This document shows, in pieces, positions 48,910-58,809 of a DNA stretch of 64,000 nt (within the stretch, counting starts at the first letter, position 1; the number at the start of each line of letters is the position of its first letter). Origin of the DNA: Vampirovibrionaceae bacterium NZW_1234 (lineage in GTDB: Bacteria > Cyanobacteriota > Vampirovibrionia > Vampirovibrionales > JAGQHJ01); contig JBGUGD010000015.1 of assembly GCA_041697335.1 (NCBI GenBank), positions 159,884 to 223,883 on the forward strand, in the 5' to 3' direction. The position numbers and the translations under genes were made by a program. The notes under the pieces were generated by a model, which was not told where the DNA came from, searched no databases, and saw only the letters and a list, made by a program, of their open reading frames with translations.

Positions 48910-50376
48910 ATGACATCTGAAACACTCACCAAAACCAAAACCACCATTACTGTTGCCCATGGCGACGGTATTGGGCCGGAAATCATGGCAGCTACCTTGG
49001 ACATCTTAAAGGCTGCTGGGGCCCGCCTCGATATTGAGGAAATTGAAATTGGGGAAAAAGTTTATGAGCGTGGGTTTTCAGCCGGTATCGAACCCGCTGC
49101 TTGGGAATCCCTGCGACGCACCAAGGTCTTCCTAAAGGCGCCCATTACGACTCCGCAAGGTGGCGGCTTCAAAAGCTTGAATGTCACCACCCGTAAAACC
49201 TTAGGTTTATACGCCAACGTCCGTCCCTGTGTCTCCTACCACCCCTTTGTGGAAACCAAACACCCCGTAATGGACGTGGTTATTGTTCGTGAGAATGAAG
49301 AAGACTTGTATGCCGGGATTGAACACCAGCAGACAGATGAAGTCGTTCAATGCTTGAAGCTGATTACCCGCCCCGGTTGCGAAAAAATTATTCGCTACGC
49401 GTTCGAGTACGCAAAGCAGAATAATCGCAAAAAAGTCACCTGCTTCACCAAAGACAACATCATGAAACTGACCGACGGCCTGTTTCACAAAGTCTTTGAT
49501 GAGATTGCCAAAGAATACCCCCAGATCGAAAACGAACACTGGATTATTGACATTGGGGCTGCCAAACTGGCCGATACACCTCAGGCCTTTGATGTCATCG
49601 TTATGCCCAACCTTTACGGTGACATTCTCTCCGACGTAGCCGCTCAAATTACAGGTTCTGTCGGGCTTGCCGGTTCTGCAAACATTGGCGAACATTGTGC
49701 CATGTTTGAAGCTATCCACGGCTCCGCCCCCCGTCGGGCCGGTCAAAACCTGGCCAATCCTTCCGGGTTGCTCTTGGGCGCCGTCATGATGCTGGTCCAT
49801 ATTGGCCAAGGTGATATTGCCGAGCTGGTGCATAACGCTTGGCTGAAAACTTTGGAAGACGGGATTCATACGTATGACATCTTCCAGGACGGGATTAGCA
49901 AAGAAAAAGTCGGGACCAAAGAGTTTGCACAAGCCGTTATTGCCCGCATCGGCCAACAACCTGAGCGTCTGAAGCCTGTTAAATATGCCACAGACAATGC
50001 AAACGCCTTGGCTCTTAAAGCACCGGCCCGTAAAGCCCCGGCGAAGAAAGAGCTCGTTGGTGTTGATGTCTTCCTTCACTGGACCGCAGGGACTCCCGAT
50101 GACCTGGCAGCAAAGCTTAATGCCTTAAACGTCGATGGGATTACCCTGAAGATGATTACCAACCGGGGTGTTAAAGTATGGCCGGAAGGCTTCCCGGAAA
50201 CCTTCTGTACCGACCACTGGCGCTGCCGCTTTGTGGCTACCAACGACACCATCACTCACCAACACGTGATTGATCTGCTCAATAAAACAAATCAAGCGGG
50301 CTTGGACTTCATTAAAACGGAACACCTGTGCCGCTTTGATGGTGAAAAAGCCTATTCTTTGGGTCAAGGCGAATAA
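48910..50376 (+). CDS. icd: NADP-dependent isocitrate dehydrogenase (form with C-terminal extension)
   Basis: GDGIGPEI, KAPITTPQGGG.KSLNV, NLYGDILSD, FEAIHGSAP; C-terminal YSLGQGE domain. Confidence 0.96.
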   Translation: MTSETLTKTKTTITVAHGDGIGPEIMAATLDILKAAGARLDIEEIEIGEKVYERGFSAGIEPAAWESLRRTKVFLKAPITTPQGGGFKSLNVTTRKTLGLYANVRPCVSYHPFVETKHPVMDVVIVRENEEDLYAGIEHQQTDEVVQCLKLITRPGCEKIIRYAFEYAKQNNRKKVTCFTKDNIMKLTDGLFHKVFDEIAKEYPQIENEHWIIDIGAAKLADTPQAFDVIVMPNLYGDILSDVAAQITGSVGLAGSANIGEHCAMFEAIHGSAPRRAGQNLANPSGLLLGAVMMLVHIGQGDIAELVHNAWLKTLEDGIHTYDIFQDGISKEKVGTKEFAQAVIARIGQQPERLKPVKYATDNANALALKAPARKAPAKKELVGVDVFLHWTAGTPDDLAAKLNALNVDGITLKMITNRGVKVWPEGFPETFCTDHWRCRFVATNDTITHQHVIDLLNKTNQAGLDFIKTEHLCRFDGEKAYSLGQGE

Positions 50377-50406
50377 GTCCTCGGCCTCTTCAGTAAATCA
50401 TCTATG

Positions 50407-50442
50407 AAAATCAGCACCACCGACCCGGTGGTGCTGATTTTT
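50407..50442. terminator. Bidirectional Rho-independent terminator
   Basis: AAAATCAGCACCACCG-acc-CGGTGGTGCTGATTTT between convergent icd and the response regulator. Confidence 0.9.
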
Positions 50443-50488
50443 ATCTATCTATCTGTTTTCAAATTCGAAAACAGTGCCCGCTTTTGCT

Positions 50489-51172
50489 CTAAACTAAGCC
50501 TTCTTTTAGGGCTTTAATCGCAGCTTGTGTCCGATCATCCACGGCCAATTTCTGAATAATATTGCAGACATGCGACTTGACCGTGTGCAGGGAAATATCC
50601 AGAACTTGGGCAATCTCCTTGTTGCTGCAACCTTCGACAATTTGACGCAATACCTCAAGTTCCCGATCGGTCAATTCCGTGTTGTACTTTTTACGACCAG
50701 ATCCGATGGTTTCTGCTTCCGTATCAATAGGGCCAGTGGGCAGTATTCTCATCACGGTTTTAGCAATGGCAGGATCCAACCAGAGCCCCCCTTCAAGGAT
50801 GATCTCAATGATGCTGATTAACTTATCCGCCGGGGTATCCTTCAAGCAGTATGCATCAGCACCCGCCGCTAAGGATGCTAATACCTCCTCTTCGTCCTGG
50901 TGAGACGTTAAGATGAGCACCTTAGTATTGGGGAAGTTCTCTTTCAAGGCTTGGGTTGCAGTAATGCCATCCATAACCGGCATGCCGATATCCATCAAAA
51001 CGAGAGCAGGTTTCATCTGCTCGACCATCTTGAGCGCCTTGGAGCCGTTATCAACATCGGCGACAACCTGAAATTTTTGAGTCTTCTCAAGGGTATAAAC
51101 CAACCCGTTCCGGGTCAGCTGATGGTCTTCCGCAATCACGGTTTTAATAGGAGCAGGAGATTCACCCATCAT
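50489..51172 (-). CDS. NarL/LuxR-family response regulator
   Basis: AEDH, LMDI.MP and AYCLKD receiver motifs; LTDRELEVL...TVKSHV HTH. Confidence 0.96.
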   Translation of the reverse strand: MMGESPAPIKTVIAEDHQLTRNGLVYTLEKTQKFQVVADVDNGSKALKMVEQMKPALVLMDIGMPVMDGITATQALKENFPNTKVLILTSHQDEEEVLASLAAGADAYCLKDTPADKLISIIEIILEGGLWLDPAIAKTVMRILPTGPIDTEAETIGSGRKKYNTELTDRELEVLRQIVEGCSNKEIAQVLDISLHTVKSHVCNIIQKLAVDDRTQAAIKALKEGLV

Positions 51173-51191
51173 AATGCAGATTCCTTCTTCA

Positions 51192-52988
51192 TTATTGTGA
51201 CCTGTCAGGGAGTTGAATCGAAAACACGGTACCTTGACCCAAACTACTGGCCACTGTAATCATACCGTTATGCAGTTCAACAATCATCTTACAAATATAG
51301 AGTCCAAGGCCAGTCCCTATTCGCTTTCGAATCCGGTTACCGGTATAGTACCGATCAAAAACCTTGCACAGAACGTTTTCAGGAATACCTTGGCCATTGT
51401 CTTTAATATCCAAATGGAACATTCTGTTCTGGTAATAAGCCTCAACGGTTACTGTAGAGCCTTCTGGAATATTTTGAACCGCATTCATGACCAAATTATG
51501 AATGACGCGTCGCAGCTGGAGTTTATCGGCCCAGATTAAGGGCAATTCCTCAGGTACTTGGTTTATCAAAGCAATCTCCTGCTCATCGGCCAAAGGTTGG
51601 ATTTCCAATAAGCACTGGTAAACGAGTTCAAACAGAGAGAATCGCTCACAAGCCAGTTGAATCTGCCCCTCTTCATAACGATAGGTATCTAACAGCTGGT
51701 TCACCATTTGAAGCGCAGCATCATTGCTTTGATGCAAGCCTGAAATAAATTTTTGAAATTGAGGAGCACTGACTGTATCGGATGAATCCATCAGCAAAGA
51801 CGTGATTTGCTTTTGAGCCAATAAAGGGGTTCTTAAATCGTGTGATAAGGTAGCAATAAACGTATTACGCAGCTGTTCATTTTCGTCGAGTTTTTGGACC
51901 AACGAATTAAAGCTGTGAATCGAGTCAATAGCATCACTATGAGAACCGTTTTTAGGAACAATTCGACTGTTCATGTTACCAGCAATCACTTGTTTACAGC
52001 CTTCAGACAGTTGACTTAAAGGTTCAATAAAATCATGCTTAAATCGTCTTCCAGCAAGTCCCACAATCAACAGCACCATTCCAATAAATAAAATGATCAA
52101 CACCATATTCTCTTGAACAAAGCCTTCCATACTCTCATGCGGGACACTCAGGGCCAATAGACCGATATCCTGTCCTAAGCGGTTTTGAAGGCCAATGATA
52201 CGACTATAATATTTCTTACCCGAAATCTGCTCATCAAACACATCTGAAATGAGAGTTTCGCTACGGGAGACCTTTTTAAATAGCCGACTTTGCTCTATCA
52301 AATGTGGGGTTACCACCGCCTTGTGCGCCTCAAACTGGGATAACTCCAAGTCATACCCGGGGCCTACTTTCACCAAAAGTCGTAACCGATTTAATGGCAT
52401 CAGCTTGGTCAGCATCGCAAGAGCAGGATCATCCTTGACATAGCGCCCCACATAGAGAACGCCATCAAATTCTTTTGAACCATAGCGTTTGGGAATGGGG
52501 GCACAAGCCACATAGGCCAAATGTATCGCATCAGAGGATAAAAGCCGAAACCTCTGAAAATCACTCACAACATCCCCTCGCAACGCCTCCTGAATTTTAG
52601 CCTCAAAATCCTGCCGGTTGACCACGGTCCCATTACTTGCATCGATTACGGTTTTACCCTGACCATTGGCAACAATGACAATATCAAATTTGTTGGTTTG
52701 CCGATACCGTGTCATATACTGTAGAAAAGGTTCTGCGTTGCCTGTTTTGAGAAATTCATGATACTTATCGTTCGCAGAAAGGTGAGCCGCCTGCCTTGCG
52801 CTCAAAATCAACTCATGATGATTGTCCCGGATGGAGTCTTCAACATATAGCACACCCGTCTCAAGTAAATTCACTGTGTTTTGATTAAAACGTGCATAAC
52901 TGTTCTCAAAAAACAGGGCGCTAAAAAGCAAGATAGGCAGCATTGCTGTCAAAAAGAAAAATATCTGATATCGCTGTGTAATGCCCAT
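51192..52988 (-). CDS. Membrane sensor histidine kinase (periplasmic sensor, HAMP, HisKA, HATPase)
   Basis: Two TM helices, SHDLRTPL, NLVMNA, DNGQGI and GTGLGL. Confidence 0.95.
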   Translation of the reverse strand: MGITQRYQIFFFLTAMLPILLFSALFFENSYARFNQNTVNLLETGVLYVEDSIRDNHHELILSARQAAHLSANDKYHEFLKTGNAEPFLQYMTRYRQTNKFDIVIVANGQGKTVIDASNGTVVNRQDFEAKIQEALRGDVVSDFQRFRLLSSDAIHLAYVACAPIPKRYGSKEFDGVLYVGRYVKDDPALAMLTKLMPLNRLRLLVKVGPGYDLELSQFEAHKAVVTPHLIEQSRLFKKVSRSETLISDVFDEQISGKKYYSRIIGLQNRLGQDIGLLALSVPHESMEGFVQENMVLIILFIGMVLLIVGLAGRRFKHDFIEPLSQLSEGCKQVIAGNMNSRIVPKNGSHSDAIDSIHSFNSLVQKLDENEQLRNTFIATLSHDLRTPLLAQKQITSLLMDSSDTVSAPQFQKFISGLHQSNDAALQMVNQLLDTYRYEEGQIQLACERFSLFELVYQCLLEIQPLADEQEIALINQVPEELPLIWADKLQLRRVIHNLVMNAVQNIPEGSTVTVEAYYQNRMFHLDIKDNGQGIPENVLCKVFDRYYTGNRIRKRIGTGLGLYICKMIVELHNGMITVASSLGQGTVFSIQLPDRSQ

Positions 52989-53359
52989 CGTCCACTCTTA
53001 TCACTGCTTTATCATTATCTATTAAAAAGCTCCCTTTGTCAGGAGCTCTGAAGAAGAGAGAATCGTGTAAGTGACTGCTTGTTCTGTTGAATAACCGGAG
53101 AAATCAGCTCTTATCGTATCCGTAGTCACCATTCAAAAGAATCCTTCTTTCGTCCTGCGCTCCAGTCATTCCCATGAGCTAGCTCTTTAAAGACCAGGCA
53201 TCACGAGTGACATTAACAACCCTTCCCCTAAAGGAGGGATCCCTTATCGATACTTGGAGGCATTTACCCATGAAAAATATTGGGTAATGTATAGTTAGAT
53301 ACGCATTGTGCTTCAATGAGCCCCGTATTCACTCCTCAAGATGGATTAAAAGCAGCCTT

Positions 53360-53578
53360 ATGGAAGAACAGAAGGCAAACTATGGGTTAAGTCCCTGTAA
53401 ATTGACACTGCCCTATGGCAAGATTTGTCAATATTTTGACAAAATCAGGCCCTTAATCCCTCGATTTTTCCTGGTGATGTTATGTCTCATTGTGTTTTAC
53501 CAGCTTGTTACGTATTACTCCCGAGTACACCCGACAACAGCCATTAAGCACATCTATATCGATCCCTCGGATTATTGA
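53360..53578 (+). CDS. Possible small membrane protein
   Basis: Short ORF with one hydrophobic helix; no other support. Confidence 0.35.
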   Translation: MEEQKANYGLSPCKLTLPYGKICQYFDKIRPLIPRFFLVMLCLIVFYQLVTYYSRVHPTTAIKHIYIDPSDY

Positions 53579-53739
53579 AAACACAGGCGCTCACCGTTGG
53601 AGAAGGAGACTAATCTTGAACTTTGCAACTTTGACTTTCAAAATCACCCTTCACTCTTCACTGGAGAGAAATACAAAAAGAACCTGGAATTAAGTCACAC
53701 TGTTGCAAACAACTTTAACGTTCAATTCATAGAGAGACA

Positions 53740-54075
53740 ATGAGTGTCTTTGAGGAGGTTTTACGAATGGCATTCCAGCTAAGCCAAAGGTTCATTATTG
53801 CTGCTCCTGATTGGCATTGGCAACCACCCCTATTGCTACTGGCAACTTACTTTTCAGGTCTTACTACAATTGTGAAATATTGCCAAGCGGCGGAAGAAAC
53901 CAGTTCTCGGCCTTCATACTCCTACACCTCTGTTAAAAAGCATTTGGCAAAAGTACTTATCTTACCAATCTCTTCTATAATTCAAGCCCTTGAACAATTT
54001 AAGCGTTATTTCATCCATCAAGCCAATACAGAGACCTTGCCAGGGAGACTCTACGGCTCAGACATTGTACATTAA
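53740..54075 (+). CDS. Hypothetical protein upstream of the exporter operon
   Basis: 111-aa ORF; GAGGAGG precedes an internal ATG (MAFQL). Confidence 0.4.
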   Translation: MSVFEEVLRMAFQLSQRFIIAAPDWHWQPPLLLLATYFSGLTTIVKYCQAAEETSSRPSYSYTSVKKHLAKVLILPISSIIQALEQFKRYFIHQANTETLPGRLYGSDIVH

Positions 54076-54207
54076 TCCTTATTTTGACCGGAGCGCAGCT
54101 GGTTTTAACAATCCATTGTGCATTGCAAAGTATAGTATGATTAGACTAGCTTACCTTAGATAGTTATCCCTCTATTATAATGATGTTGAGAGAATCAGTG
54201 ATAGCTC

Positions 54208-55953
54208 ATGGCGTCTCAATATAGCCTTTATTCATCCCCCTTTACCCGTCTTCTGTCGTTCCTGTTTGAAGATCGCCGAGATCTGATGGCATTAATTGCC
54301 TACACTGTTGCTGCAGGTCTTTTAACGCTGGCTGTCCCATTGGCCTCTCAATCCCTGGTAAATACCATCGCAGCCGGTGTTTTCTTACAGCCCCTCTTTG
54401 TTCTGACGGCTATGGTCTTCCTAGGGTTGCTTTTTGCTGGCTTCATCAAGGTTCTTCAGTTCTCTCTGGTAGAGATTCTCCAACAACGTGTGTTTGCAAG
54501 AGTGGCTATCCGAATTGCTCAACAGCTCCCTTTGGTTGAACACCAGGCCTTGATGTCAGAATATCCTCCAGAGCTTGTAAACCGCTTTTTTGATGTGGTC
54601 AAATTTCAGAAGACGTTGGCTAAGCTGTTACTGGATGGCCCGGCAGCGGTCCTCCAAATTCTGGTTGGCATGACACTGATGGCCTTCTACAGCCCCTTTT
54701 TGCTGGCCTTCAATCTGGTTATTCTCTTTAGTATTTTCTTCATTGCCTTTGTTCTTGGGCACAGCGGCTTAACTACCAGCCTGAAAGAATCTCAGCAAAA
54801 GTACCGGGTAGCCGGCTGGCTGGAAGATGTTGCCCGATGTCAAACAAGCTTTAAACTAGATAGCAGCTCTGAATTTGCTTTAACACGTGCAGACAGCCTT
54901 GTGTCCGGATACTTAGAAGCCCGGCAATCTCATTTCAAAGTATTGTTCCGTCAAGCTGCTACCCATTACTTCTTTTACGCAGCGGCCAGTGCCGGTATTC
55001 TTGGCATTGGAGGCTGTCTGGTCATCGATCGACAGCTTACACTAGGACAGCTGGTTGCTTCAGAGCTTGTTGTCGTCATCGTTCTCGCTGCGATGGAGAA
55101 ACTGACAACCTTGTACCAGGACTGGTACGATCTGCTGACAGCGGTTGAAAAGATTGGCCATGTAACCGATCTGCCCATCGAACGCGATTCAGGCAAAATT
55201 CTCCCGAGCACCGCCATTGGTGCAAAAGTGGTTTGTCGTCAGGTGCAGTTTTCTTACCACGACGCACACACCCCGACATTGAATGGCATTAATCTAACAT
55301 TGATGCCTGGCCAACGAGTCAGCCTGGTAGGTGCGAGCGGCACTGGAAAAACAACGTTGGCGTCGCTGATTTGCGGCCTGATGCCCTGCACCAGCGGCAG
55401 CATTGAAATTGATGATCTGGATCTCAGAGATATTGATCTAATCAACTTACGCGATAATGTAGCCTTGGTTTACGACTCTAATGGAATCTTCGACGGCACA
55501 ATTGAAGAAAACATTCTTTGCGGTCGACCCAATTTGACTCACTCTGACTTGCGTCAGGCTTTGGAAAAAACCTTCCTGCTGGATGAATTAACGGCTTTTC
55601 CTGAAGGGCTCCAAACACGTTTGGTCAGTGGAGGAGGTAACCTATCTCGAGGGCAAATTCAACAACTTATGATTGCCCGTTCCATTGTCGATAGGCCTCG
55701 GTTATTGATTTTAGACGAAGCATTCTCTGGCATTGATGAGACTATCAAGCAATCGATTCTCGATCTACTTTATTCTCCCCAAGAGCCTTGGACTATTTTG
55801 AACATTTCCCATGATCTCAACGTCATTTCTCGTTCCGAGATTATTTATGTCATGGCCAATGGCATTCTTGTTGAAGCCGGATCATTTCAAGAATTGTTAG
55901 GCGCACCGGAAAGCCATTTTGCCCAACTGTTTACCCGCCGGAGGGTTTACTAA
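54208..55953 (+). CDS. Type I secretion ABC transporter (TM domain + ATPase, no C39 domain)
   Basis: LTLGQLVASEL, GASGTGKT, LSRGQ and ILDEA. Confidence 0.93.
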   Translation: MASQYSLYSSPFTRLLSFLFEDRRDLMALIAYTVAAGLLTLAVPLASQSLVNTIAAGVFLQPLFVLTAMVFLGLLFAGFIKVLQFSLVEILQQRVFARVAIRIAQQLPLVEHQALMSEYPPELVNRFFDVVKFQKTLAKLLLDGPAAVLQILVGMTLMAFYSPFLLAFNLVILFSIFFIAFVLGHSGLTTSLKESQQKYRVAGWLEDVARCQTSFKLDSSSEFALTRADSLVSGYLEARQSHFKVLFRQAATHYFFYAAASAGILGIGGCLVIDRQLTLGQLVASELVVVIVLAAMEKLTTLYQDWYDLLTAVEKIGHVTDLPIERDSGKILPSTAIGAKVVCRQVQFSYHDAHTPTLNGINLTLMPGQRVSLVGASGTGKTTLASLICGLMPCTSGSIEIDDLDLRDIDLINLRDNVALVYDSNGIFDGTIEENILCGRPNLTHSDLRQALEKTFLLDELTAFPEGLQTRLVSGGGNLSRGQIQQLMIARSIVDRPRLLILDEAFSGIDETIKQSILDLLYSPQEPWTILNISHDLNVISRSEIIYVMANGILVEAGSFQELLGAPESHFAQLFTRRRVY

Positions 55954-57338
55954 TGGCTTTTGCAAAATTAAAACCTATTCAACACCTTCAATCGTTTCAG
56001 AGACTAGAATCCCCTAAATCGTTCCGGACTTTGGCAACCATTTTGCTCGTTTTCCTGATTACGGTTATTCTCTGTCTCATATTTGTGCCGTGGCAACAAA
56101 CCATTATTGGGACTGGTCGAGTCACAGTCTTCTCGCCTATGCAACGACCTCAAAACATAGAAGCCCAGATTTCAGGCCGTTTGAAGAAATGGCATGTGAA
56201 AGAAGGGCAAGCAGTAAAACAAGGCCAAGTATTGGCTGAACTTGCCGATATTGACCCCAAGTTTTTAAACCAAGACCAAGCCGAATTGCTAGAGGCCCAA
56301 AAACGAGCTTTAATTCTCAAAAGAAGTGCTACAGAAAACCGTATCGCATCTTTGCAATCACAATTAGACAATTTGACTCGCTCACGCTCGGTTGCAGTTC
56401 CGGCAGCGGGCATTAAAACCAGCCAGAGCCAGGACCGCATTATTGCTGCACAACAAGCCTTAAACGCCACGGAGCAAAATCTACGCACAGCCCAATACAA
56501 CTATACCCGTCTCCAAGATCTTTACCAAAAGGGTCTTCGCTCTAAGCGGGACTTAGAATTAGCAGAACTGGAAAGAGTTCGGGCAGAAACAGAAGTCCGT
56601 CGAGCACAAACGGCGGTAGATATTGCTCGACAAGACATTTCAGTCGCAGAATTGGATCAGGTCAAGGTGGGCACCGATCTGACAGCCTCCATTGCCAATA
56701 TTTCGGCGAATTTGGCTAATGCAAAAGAGGCCTTGGCTACCACCATAAGTGACATTGCCAAACTTGATGTCGACCTGAACAACCTCTACAATCGGGTGGA
56801 GCAGCGTAAAATTCGCGCTCCACAAACGGGGCGTGTGGTTCGCCTGATGAGTCTGGGTTCCCAAGAAACCGTTTCGGAAGGTGACATCCTGGCTGTTGTG
56901 GTTCCGGATGATCAGGACCAGGCTGTTGAACTTTATGTTTCCGACTGGGATGCCCCACTTCTTGAAGTGGGTCGCCCTGTTCGGCTTCAATTTGCAGGTT
57001 TCCCAGCCATTCAGTTTGCCGGCTGGCCCTCCATTGCAACAGGCACCTTCGGCGGCGAAATTGCGGTCATTGATGCTGTTGATGATGGCAAAGGCCGCTA
57101 TCGCGTTCTGGTTACGCCAAGTTGTCATCGTGGGGAAAAAGATGAGTTATGGCCCTCTCCGAAAAATCTTCGACCAGGAACAGCAGCCCATGGCTGGATA
57201 TTGTTAAACCGCGTGCCTCTCTGGTATGAGATTTGGCGTCAATTCAATGGTTTTAGGCCCATTGTTCAGCCAACTTCCGAAGATACAGGTACCGAGAAAA
57301 AGGATGATAACAAGCCGGTCAAGCGGAAGAATAAATAA
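55953..57338 (+). CDS. HlyD-family membrane fusion protein
   Basis: N-terminal TM, PWQQ, lipoyl half-motifs, long coiled coil, GRPVRLQF.G.P and VPLWYEIWRQFNGF. Confidence 0.93.
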   Translation: MAFAKLKPIQHLQSFQRLESPKSFRTLATILLVFLITVILCLIFVPWQQTIIGTGRVTVFSPMQRPQNIEAQISGRLKKWHVKEGQAVKQGQVLAELADIDPKFLNQDQAELLEAQKRALILKRSATENRIASLQSQLDNLTRSRSVAVPAAGIKTSQSQDRIIAAQQALNATEQNLRTAQYNYTRLQDLYQKGLRSKRDLELAELERVRAETEVRRAQTAVDIARQDISVAELDQVKVGTDLTASIANISANLANAKEALATTISDIAKLDVDLNNLYNRVEQRKIRAPQTGRVVRLMSLGSQETVSEGDILAVVVPDDQDQAVELYVSDWDAPLLEVGRPVRLQFAGFPAIQFAGWPSIATGTFGGEIAVIDAVDDGKGRYRVLVTPSCHRGEKDELWPSPKNLRPGTAAHGWILLNRVPLWYEIWRQFNGFRPIVQPTSEDTGTEKKDDNKPVKRKNK

Positions 57339-57339
57339 T

Positions 57340-58794
57340 ATGAAGCACCTGTTAGCTTGTTGTTTTCTGATGGTTGCCTCGAGTGGTATCAGTTTGGCTT
57401 TGGCTGAAGAGGTACCAGCCCGGCTTCAACCCTCTACTCAAAACCAACCCCCTCAAGCGACCGATACTTTGACCCAAGACCGATTTTTATCTCAAGTTCG
57501 AGCCAATCACCCCAAATTGTTTTCTGCAGATATTCAACGCCGAATTGCAGGTGCCCGGCTATTGGAAAGACAAGGGGCCTTTGATCCCGGCATCAGCCTG
57601 GATACCGATTACCTTCGATATAACGACTTTACCCAACGAGGCAAAGTCAGTAAAACCTTTGACAATGACCTATCCCTGAATTGGCAAACACGCTCTGGAC
57701 TTAAGTTTTCTACAGGCGCCCGTTACAATACCGGTGATGTAAAGCCGCCCCTATACCCAACTGGAAACACCGGCGAATATTTTATGGGTGTTCGAATGCC
57801 CCTATTAAGAGGCTTTCGTATCAATGATAGGGTGGCTGCCGAAATGCGGGCCCAATTGGGCATTCCCTTAGCAGATGCAGACTTTACGGAGGCTAGGCTG
57901 GATCTTCTTATTAAAGCCTCAGATGCGTATTGGGACTGGGTTGCTGCACGGCGTAAAATGGGAGTAAGTGAAGCCATTCTAAAACTTGCCGATTTTCGCA
58001 GGGATGCTATCACCGATCGCGTCAACGCCGGCGATTTACCGAAGATTGATGCGACCGAAGCAGCTCAAGAAGTGGTTCGTCGTCAGGGTAGTTTGGTCAA
58101 GGCCCAGCGAGAATATCAAAAAGCAGTCTTTAAACTTTCATTATTCCTGTGGGAAGCTGATGGCAAACCCAGCCCTTTGCCGCAAGAAACTCAAGTTCCT
58201 GAAAAAGCTGAAAATCCAATTCGGCTTACCGATGATGAATGGATGGAAGGGCGCCAAGTTGCACTTGATAGTCGGCCCGAATTACAGGCTTTCAATATTG
58301 AAAAACAGATTACTGAGGTGGATTTGCGCTATGCCAAAAACTTGCGGCTCCCGATTCTGGACTTAATTGCCCAACCCGGTATCGATACCGGGGACAACTC
58401 TATAGGACCTACACTCAAAGCAGGTATTGCACTCATGGTTCCCCTTCGACAACGAACGGCCCAAGGTTTGCAAATGGCTGCTGAATATCGGCTTCAAAAA
58501 CTGGATTTGGATCAACGATTTCAACTCCAGGAAATTTTGCTCCAGGTTGATGATGCCGTGTCCGCAGTCAATGCTGCCTATGATCAATTCCAAGCCGCCA
58601 AACAGGAATATTCACTGGCGAAAGATTTAGAAATTGGTGAAAAACAGCGTTTCGAAGCAGGCGACAGCACGCTGTTTCTCATTAATCAACGAGAGCGGGC
58701 TAGTGCTGAAGCAGCCTTCAAAATGATTGATACCGAAGCGGAATACAATCAATCCTTGGCCATCTTTAATATTGTGACCGGAAAATGGCTTTAA
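57340..58794 (+). CDS. TolC-family outer membrane protein
   Basis: Signal peptide, GAFDP and FEAGDSTLFLINQRE; operon with ABC and HlyD genes. Confidence 0.92.
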   Translation: MKHLLACCFLMVASSGISLALAEEVPARLQPSTQNQPPQATDTLTQDRFLSQVRANHPKLFSADIQRRIAGARLLERQGAFDPGISLDTDYLRYNDFTQRGKVSKTFDNDLSLNWQTRSGLKFSTGARYNTGDVKPPLYPTGNTGEYFMGVRMPLLRGFRINDRVAAEMRAQLGIPLADADFTEARLDLLIKASDAYWDWVAARRKMGVSEAILKLADFRRDAITDRVNAGDLPKIDATEAAQEVVRRQGSLVKAQREYQKAVFKLSLFLWEADGKPSPLPQETQVPEKAENPIRLTDDEWMEGRQVALDSRPELQAFNIEKQITEVDLRYAKNLRLPILDLIAQPGIDTGDNSIGPTLKAGIALMVPLRQRTAQGLQMAAEYRLQKLDLDQRFQLQEILLQVDDAVSAVNAAYDQFQAAKQEYSLAKDLEIGEKQRFEAGDSTLFLINQRERASAEAAFKMIDTEAEYNQSLAIFNIVTGKWL

Positions 58795-58809
58795 AACGTC
58801 ACGATAGAT

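Noticed and set aside
53022..53132. 36-aa leader ORF and weak hairpin/T-tract upstream of the histidine kinase (attenuator?)
   Set aside because: Only a 6-bp stem and no recognisable riboswitch or leader-peptide signature
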